Source: Chloroflexota bacterium (GTDB taxonomy: Bacteria > Chloroflexota > UBA6077 > CF-72). Taken from it: DNA of 64,000 nucleotides. A program made the translations under genes and the position numbers. The notes beneath the pieces were generated by a model, which saw only the letters and a program-made list of their open reading frames with translations, was not told the origin of the DNA and searched no databases. Shown here one piece after another: positions 60,063 to 64,000 of the stretch (position 1 is the stretch's first letter; every line of letters begins with the position of its first letter). The stretch spans positions 10,092 to 74,091 of the forward strand of contig JBPCIO010000005.1 of NCBI GenBank assembly GCA_051006215.1. The letters run 5' to 3'.

Positions 60063-60272
60063 TTAGAAGTCAGCCCGCGCGACTGCGCTCGGCGCGGCTC
60101 GCCGCCCAGCCCACGACTGGGCCGGCAGCCCCTGGATCCGCAGCAGCCACTCCAGCTCCGAGCGGCAGCGTCCACAAGTTGCCAGATGCCGCTTGGCGCT
60201 CGAGTCCTCGGGCGTGGAGGTGCGCTTCTGGTGGAGTGCGCTGAGTATTTCAAAGGACAGGTGGTTGGCCAT
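60063..60272 (-). CDS. zf-HC2 (putative anti-sigma factor N-terminal zinc-finger) small ORF
   Basis: MANHLSFEILSALHQKRTSTPEDSSAKRHLATCGRCRSELEWL matches the H-x3-C-x2-C anti-sigma zinc-finger signature. It ends 35 nt upstream of the thioredoxin-fold gene, in a different frame. Confidence 0.45.
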   Translation of the reverse strand: MANHLSFEILSALHQKRTSTPEDSSAKRHLATCGRCRSELEWLLRIQGLPAQSWAGRRAAPSAVARADF

Positions 60273-60434
60273 CAGTGCGCTCGAGAGTTGCCCGGGGTGT
60301 GTAACGCGTTCGTGGCGCAAATGTTTCGCGGGCTGCTTCCTTTGACCCTGCACCACCTTGACCCTGGGTCCGGGCCTGCGATACAACCGGCATGGCGCCG
60401 TCTCGTGCAGCGCTTCGGTCAGCACCGTCTGCGT

Positions 60435-61079
60435 ATGCCATCGCCTCCCTTTTCTTCAAACTTCTGGCCATCCGGCGGCCGACGCGGGCAGTCCAGCGGC
60501 GACCCCCAGGAGCGCCTTATTCCGTTCCCCGTCCTTGCACGCTCGAACGCGGATCCAGAACCGTCGACCCGCCGGCGACGCGACCCGCACGATCTCGAGC
60601 GACCGCCTGCCCAACGGCGCGGGCGCCGCCACCGACAGCGCTCGGCGCCGTGGCTACAGCGCAATGCCCTCAGCATTGCGGCGGTGTCGGTGCTCGCGGC
60701 GGTGCTCGGCCTTGGATTTGGCCTGCTGCAGACCATCAACCGACCCGAGCCGGTGCCAGCTCTGCTGGCGAGCGGCGGCCAGCCCGATTCGGCGGGTACG
60801 CCCGTGAGCGCTGGGTCCGCGGCTGGCGCTGCTGCTCCCGCGCTCGGCTCTGCCAGTCCGAACGCCAGCAACGCGGCACCTGCCGCTGAGGCTCCGCGCG
60901 AGATCCAGGCTGCGGCCAGAGTGCTTCAGCCAACGTATACCGTGCAGTCTGGGGATACCCTCGGCAAGATTGCCACCCAGTTCGGCACGAGTGTCGAGCG
61001 CATCCAGGCCCTGAACAACCTTGCCGACCCGCGCGTACTGCGCATCGGCACGAAACTGGTCATCCCGCCGCCGTTCTAG
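60435..61079 (+). CDS. LysM domain membrane protein
   Basis: A C-terminal LysM (YTVQSGDTLGKIATQFGTSVERIQALNNLADPRVLRIGTKLVIP), preceded by a TM helix (LSIAAVSVLAAVLGLGFGLL) and an Ala/Ser-rich linker. The start is uncertain. Confidence 0.55.
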   Translation: MPSPPFSSNFWPSGGRRGQSSGDPQERLIPFPVLARSNADPEPSTRRRRDPHDLERPPAQRRGRRHRQRSAPWLQRNALSIAAVSVLAAVLGLGFGLLQTINRPEPVPALLASGGQPDSAGTPVSAGSAAGAAAPALGSASPNASNAAPAAEAPREIQAAARVLQPTYTVQSGDTLGKIATQFGTSVERIQALNNLADPRVLRIGTKLVIPPPF

Positions 61080-61112
61080 GCTGGCCGCAGGGTAGGCACG
61101 TCAGGACGATCC

Positions 61113-62234
61113 GTGGCTCGTCGGCCGCCAAGCATGCTCCCGGCCACCTCCCGACCGCACCGCTTCGCCCAGGGCCAGCCGCGAGTCAAACCGACACGCC
61201 GCGCGTATCAGCGCCGTCCGGGCTCCGCTCGGCACGCGTCGTCGCTGGCACTTGTGGTGCGGAGGTGGCTCACCTTGCTCATCCTGTTGGCAGTGGCCGC
61301 GGTGGTGAGTTTGGGTCCCGCAACCATCGGGGACGCGCTATCGGGGTTGATGTTCGCGCGTCCGCCGGGGGCGACAGTGCCGGCACCGTCGCTGGCTGAG
61401 CACCCGGACCCGGTCCTGCAGGCTCGCCTAGAGACGGTCGGCGGCTCGCCGGCGCACGGTCGACTCGGCGCCGTGGTGGTCAGCCTGCAGAATGGGGCGG
61501 CGGCCAGCCTGAACGGCGACCGGGTCTTTCCTGCTGCCAGTCTATTCAAGCTGCCAATCCTGGTCGAGGTGCTGGCGGAGGAAGACGCTGGCCAGCTCGA
61601 TCCCGAAAGCAAACTCCAGATCCGCCCCGAAGATTGGACAGACGGCAGCGGGGTACTGCAAGCCCGTGTCGGTGACCGCCTGACGGTTCGCGAGCTCACC
61701 CGTCTGATGATCCAGGACAGTGACAACATCGCGTCGCTGGTGCTCCTGGATGCGGTCGGAGTGCCGGCCATCAACGCTCTGGACGACCGGATCGGGCTGC
61801 GGGCAACCCGCCTGGTCGACCATCGCGCCGACGCTCAGCTTTCTGCTGCTGCAGAGCACACCACCTCGGCCGGCGACATGGCGCGTGTGTTGGTCGATCT
61901 GGCGACTGGCCAACTTGTCAATCAACGCGTGTCCCAAGCGGCACTGCGGTTGCTCGAGCTGAAACAGTCCGCGACCTGGCTGGCCGACGAGCTACCGTTT
62001 TGGGTCAAGGTCGCTCACAAATGGGGCGACCTGCCCCAGGCGCGCAACGACGTGGGCGTCGTGTTCAGCCCCCGCGGCAGCTATGTTGTAGCGGTACTGA
62101 CGGAAGGCGGCACGCCTGACGAGTCGGCGAGCAGCATCGCTCGTATTTCGAAGCTGGCGTACGACTACGTCGGTGACCAGTCACCGCCCGTTGCAAGCAG
62201 GCAACCCTGGTTTGTAGACCAGCCGGCAGATTAG
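61113..62234 (+). CDS. Class A beta-lactamase-like serine hydrolase (exported)
   Basis: SxxK (ASLFKLP) and SDN (QDSDNIASL) motifs, with a KTG-like HKWG element and an N-terminal signal anchor. Confidence 0.7.
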   Translation: MARRPPSMLPATSRPHRFAQGQPRVKPTRRAYQRRPGSARHASSLALVVRRWLTLLILLAVAAVVSLGPATIGDALSGLMFARPPGATVPAPSLAEHPDPVLQARLETVGGSPAHGRLGAVVVSLQNGAAASLNGDRVFPAASLFKLPILVEVLAEEDAGQLDPESKLQIRPEDWTDGSGVLQARVGDRLTVRELTRLMIQDSDNIASLVLLDAVGVPAINALDDRIGLRATRLVDHRADAQLSAAAEHTTSAGDMARVLVDLATGQLVNQRVSQAALRLLELKQSATWLADELPFWVKVAHKWGDLPQARNDVGVVFSPRGSYVVAVLTEGGTPDESASSIARISKLAYDYVGDQSPPVASRQPWFVDQPAD

Positions 62235-62254
62235 CCTCAATTTGGGAGACTCGC

Positions 62255-62533
62255 ATGCACAAACCATCGCATTTGCCCGGTTGGGAGTACAAGCTGGTGT
62301 CGATCGGCAATCCGCTCGAACCGGATACCGAGCTTCGCGCCAACACGGTCGGCAAGCTACGCTGGGAACTGGTCGCTATCGACGCCGGCGTGTGGATCTT
62401 CAAACGACCGCTCGTCGAGGAAGCCGAAGCCGCCACTGGACTGCAAGCGATCATGGAAGAGACGGTCCCGATCACCGAACAGGAGCAGCCGCTCGTCCTG
62501 AGTTATGAGGGGCCACTGGGCAGCCGACAGTAG
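62255..62533 (+). CDS. DUF4177-like small protein
   Basis: The N-terminal WEYK motif (LPGWEYKLVSIG) is characteristic of DUF4177. Confidence 0.5.
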   Translation: MHKPSHLPGWEYKLVSIGNPLEPDTELRANTVGKLRWELVAIDAGVWIFKRPLVEEAEAATGLQAIMEETVPITEQEQPLVLSYEGPLGSRQ

Positions 62534-62974
62534 CCACTCAGCCGACTCCGGCGTGGCAGCGGTTCTCTAGCAAACGACCGCGGCCCGACCTCCCTAGGTG
62601 CAGCCGCTGACGTAGGCCACTGTCTGGCCAGCGAGCGGTAGGTGGCGGACTCAGTCCGGTTGGTGGCCCAGCAGGTGCATGGTGTCCGACCCACCGCAGC
62701 CGCTGCGTCGCCAGCAGCCGCCTCTCAAACCGTGCGTGCGGTGCTCTCGCATTCGGCTTCCCGACGGCCGAGCTGCTGGACACATACGTACCGGCAAGAG
62801 CAAGCCACAGCGTCAGACGCTGGCAGACAGCTCGTCAGCTATGGCTGCCAGCGAAAACGATGTGATAGATGGGCGACCCGCGTGGCCGGCTTGCGCTAGG
62901 GATTAGTTCTCCAAGGGAGGGAAGACGCGCCAGACGACTTGCTCCGCTCAGAACTCTGAGCGGTGTGCGGGGCG

Positions 62975-63385
62975 CTAGTTGCTGATCCGACTGCGTAGCT
63001 GCTGGTCGCGCGCGTGCTCGGCTTGTAGGCTGGCGTGCTGTTCTTTCAGCAGGGCGTACGCCTGCTGCACAAGCGCGTGCTCGTGCTCTAGCGTGCCGCA
63101 GCGCAGGCGCTCAGCCTGCAGGTCGAGCGCCACGCGCTCCATGCGACGATCTGCGTCGGCCAACCGATCCAGCAGCACGCGTTCCAGCCGCATCTCGGCG
63201 TCGGCCTGCTGGCGGCGCCGGCGCTCTTCGTGTTCGGTGCGGCGGTCGTTGCCACGCAACCGATACTCGACCACCAGGCGCAGCAGGGTGAGCACCGCCG
63301 CAATCGCGGCCCCTCCGCCGAGCGATTGCCACCACGAACCAGGATCCATGCGCAACGTTGCCCTCCTGCTCATTATTGTATCCAT
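62975..63385 (-). CDS. Hypothetical coiled-coil protein with an N-terminal TM segment
   Basis: A charged heptad-like region (RRRRQQADAEMRLERVLLDRLADADRR...). No domain recognised. Confidence 0.35.
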   Translation of the reverse strand: MDTIMSRRATLRMDPGSWWQSLGGGAAIAAVLTLLRLVVEYRLRGNDRRTEHEERRRRQQADAEMRLERVLLDRLADADRRMERVALDLQAERLRCGTLEHEHALVQQAYALLKEQHASLQAEHARDQQLRSRISN

Positions 63386-63417
63386 TTAGCCTCCGGTTTG
63401 CCCGTTATACTAAGCAC

Positions 63418-64000
63418 ATGCACAGTGTCAGCGACCCGCGCGCGCTTGGCCAGCGCATTGCCGGCTTACGCCGCGCTCAGGGCTGGAGCCAGCGCCATCT
63501 GGCTGAGGCTGCCGGCGTTTCGCACGGGTACGTCGCCCAGTTGGAGCTCGGCCGGCTACCTAGCCCGGGCAAATTCAGGCTCGACGCGATCGCCCGCGCC
63601 CTCAACCTGCGCACCTCCGACGCCCTGTTCAACAACGCTGGCCTGGTCTCACCCCTCGACCAGGTGATCCAGGCAACCAGCCCGAGCCATGAAGATCCCG
63701 CAAGTACGGCCGGCACGAATGTGCTTGGCGGTCTCGATCAGCTCCGTCCGCCAGATGCGCGGCCGCTGCCAGTTTTCCGCTGGGGCTCGTGTGGCGACCC
63801 GCGCGATCGGGAGAGCCCGCCCGATCCGGACCACCTGGAGTACCCGCCCCCGGGCCGAGAAAGCTTGATTGGCCACACCGGCTTCGGGGTCATGGTCAAG
63901 GGTGACAGCATGGCCGGCCGCGGCATCTACGACGGCGACGTGGTGTGGATCAACCCCGACCGGGCCTACCAGATCGGGAAGGTCGTCCTGGCCCTGGTTA
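63418..64000 (+). CDS. XRE-family HTH plus S24 (LexA/CI-like) self-cleaving repressor; the 3' end lies beyond the window
   Basis: The N-terminal HTH_3 is LGQRIAGLRRAQGWSQRHLAEAAGVSHGYVAQLE. The C-terminal S24 domain is GFGVMVKGDSMAGRGIYDGDVVWINPD, with the catalytic Ser in GDSM. Confidence 0.75.
   Translation, partial: MHSVSDPRALGQRIAGLRRAQGWSQRHLAEAAGVSHGYVAQLELGRLPSPGKFRLDAIARALNLRTSDALFNNAGLVSPLDQVIQATSPSHEDPASTAGTNVLGGLDQLRPPDARPLPVFRWGSCGDPRDRESPPDPDHLEYPPPGRESLIGHTGFGVMVKGDSMAGRGIYDGDVVWINPDRAYQIGKVVLALV

Overview
This 64 kb window is a high-GC (about 68%) bacterial chromosome segment that is densely coding on both strands and mostly housekeeping. The gene content has an Actinomycetota/Chloroflexota flavour: FhaA/FhaB-type FHA proteins, DUF3052, Holin-X/DUF3618/DUF883 membrane modules, split gcvPA/gcvPB, an archaeal-type ProRS and a GldG-like ABC system. 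Recognisable genes include the gltX 3' end, two tRNAs (tRNA-Gln-CTG and tRNA-Glu-CTC), an S9 peptidase, nitronate monooxygenase, RidA, MobA, L25/Ctc, a DinG-family helicase, pdp, alr, proS, oppDF ATPases, the glycine-cleavage operon gcvT-H-PA-PB preceded by ccdA and a 7Fe ferredoxin, a Crp-family regulator, RlmD/RumA, ltaE, maf, dcd, coaD, a GldA/F/G-like ABC module with DUF4340, queG, lepA, two GT2 glycosyltransferases, folC, folD, acyP, a pair of M16 peptidases, an EtfD-like membrane Fe-S oxidoreductase with etfBA, a LysM protein, a class-A beta-lactamase-like hydrolase, and an XRE-HTH/S24 (CI/LexA-like) repressor that runs off the window edge. I could not support any CRISPR array, transposase/integrase, restriction-modification system or classical toxin-antitoxin pair. 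The items most worth follow-up are: a TatA-like protein fused to a C-terminal zinc ribbon; a perfect CRP-type palindrome at the 3' end of the crp-family gene, upstream of the ferredoxin-ccdA-gcv operon, which has no glycine riboswitch; a zf-HC2 anti-sigma-like ORF that a 1-nt frameshift would fuse to a TM plus thioredoxin-like domain; two apparently disrupted envelope genes (a sortase with an in-frame TAG inside a palindrome and a frameshifted lipoprotein); an EtfD-etfBA module; and orphan oppDF ATPases. All functional calls come from reading motifs by eye, with no database searches run, so every call needs homology confirmation. Where a CDS start differs from the ORF track it is given as my best guess.
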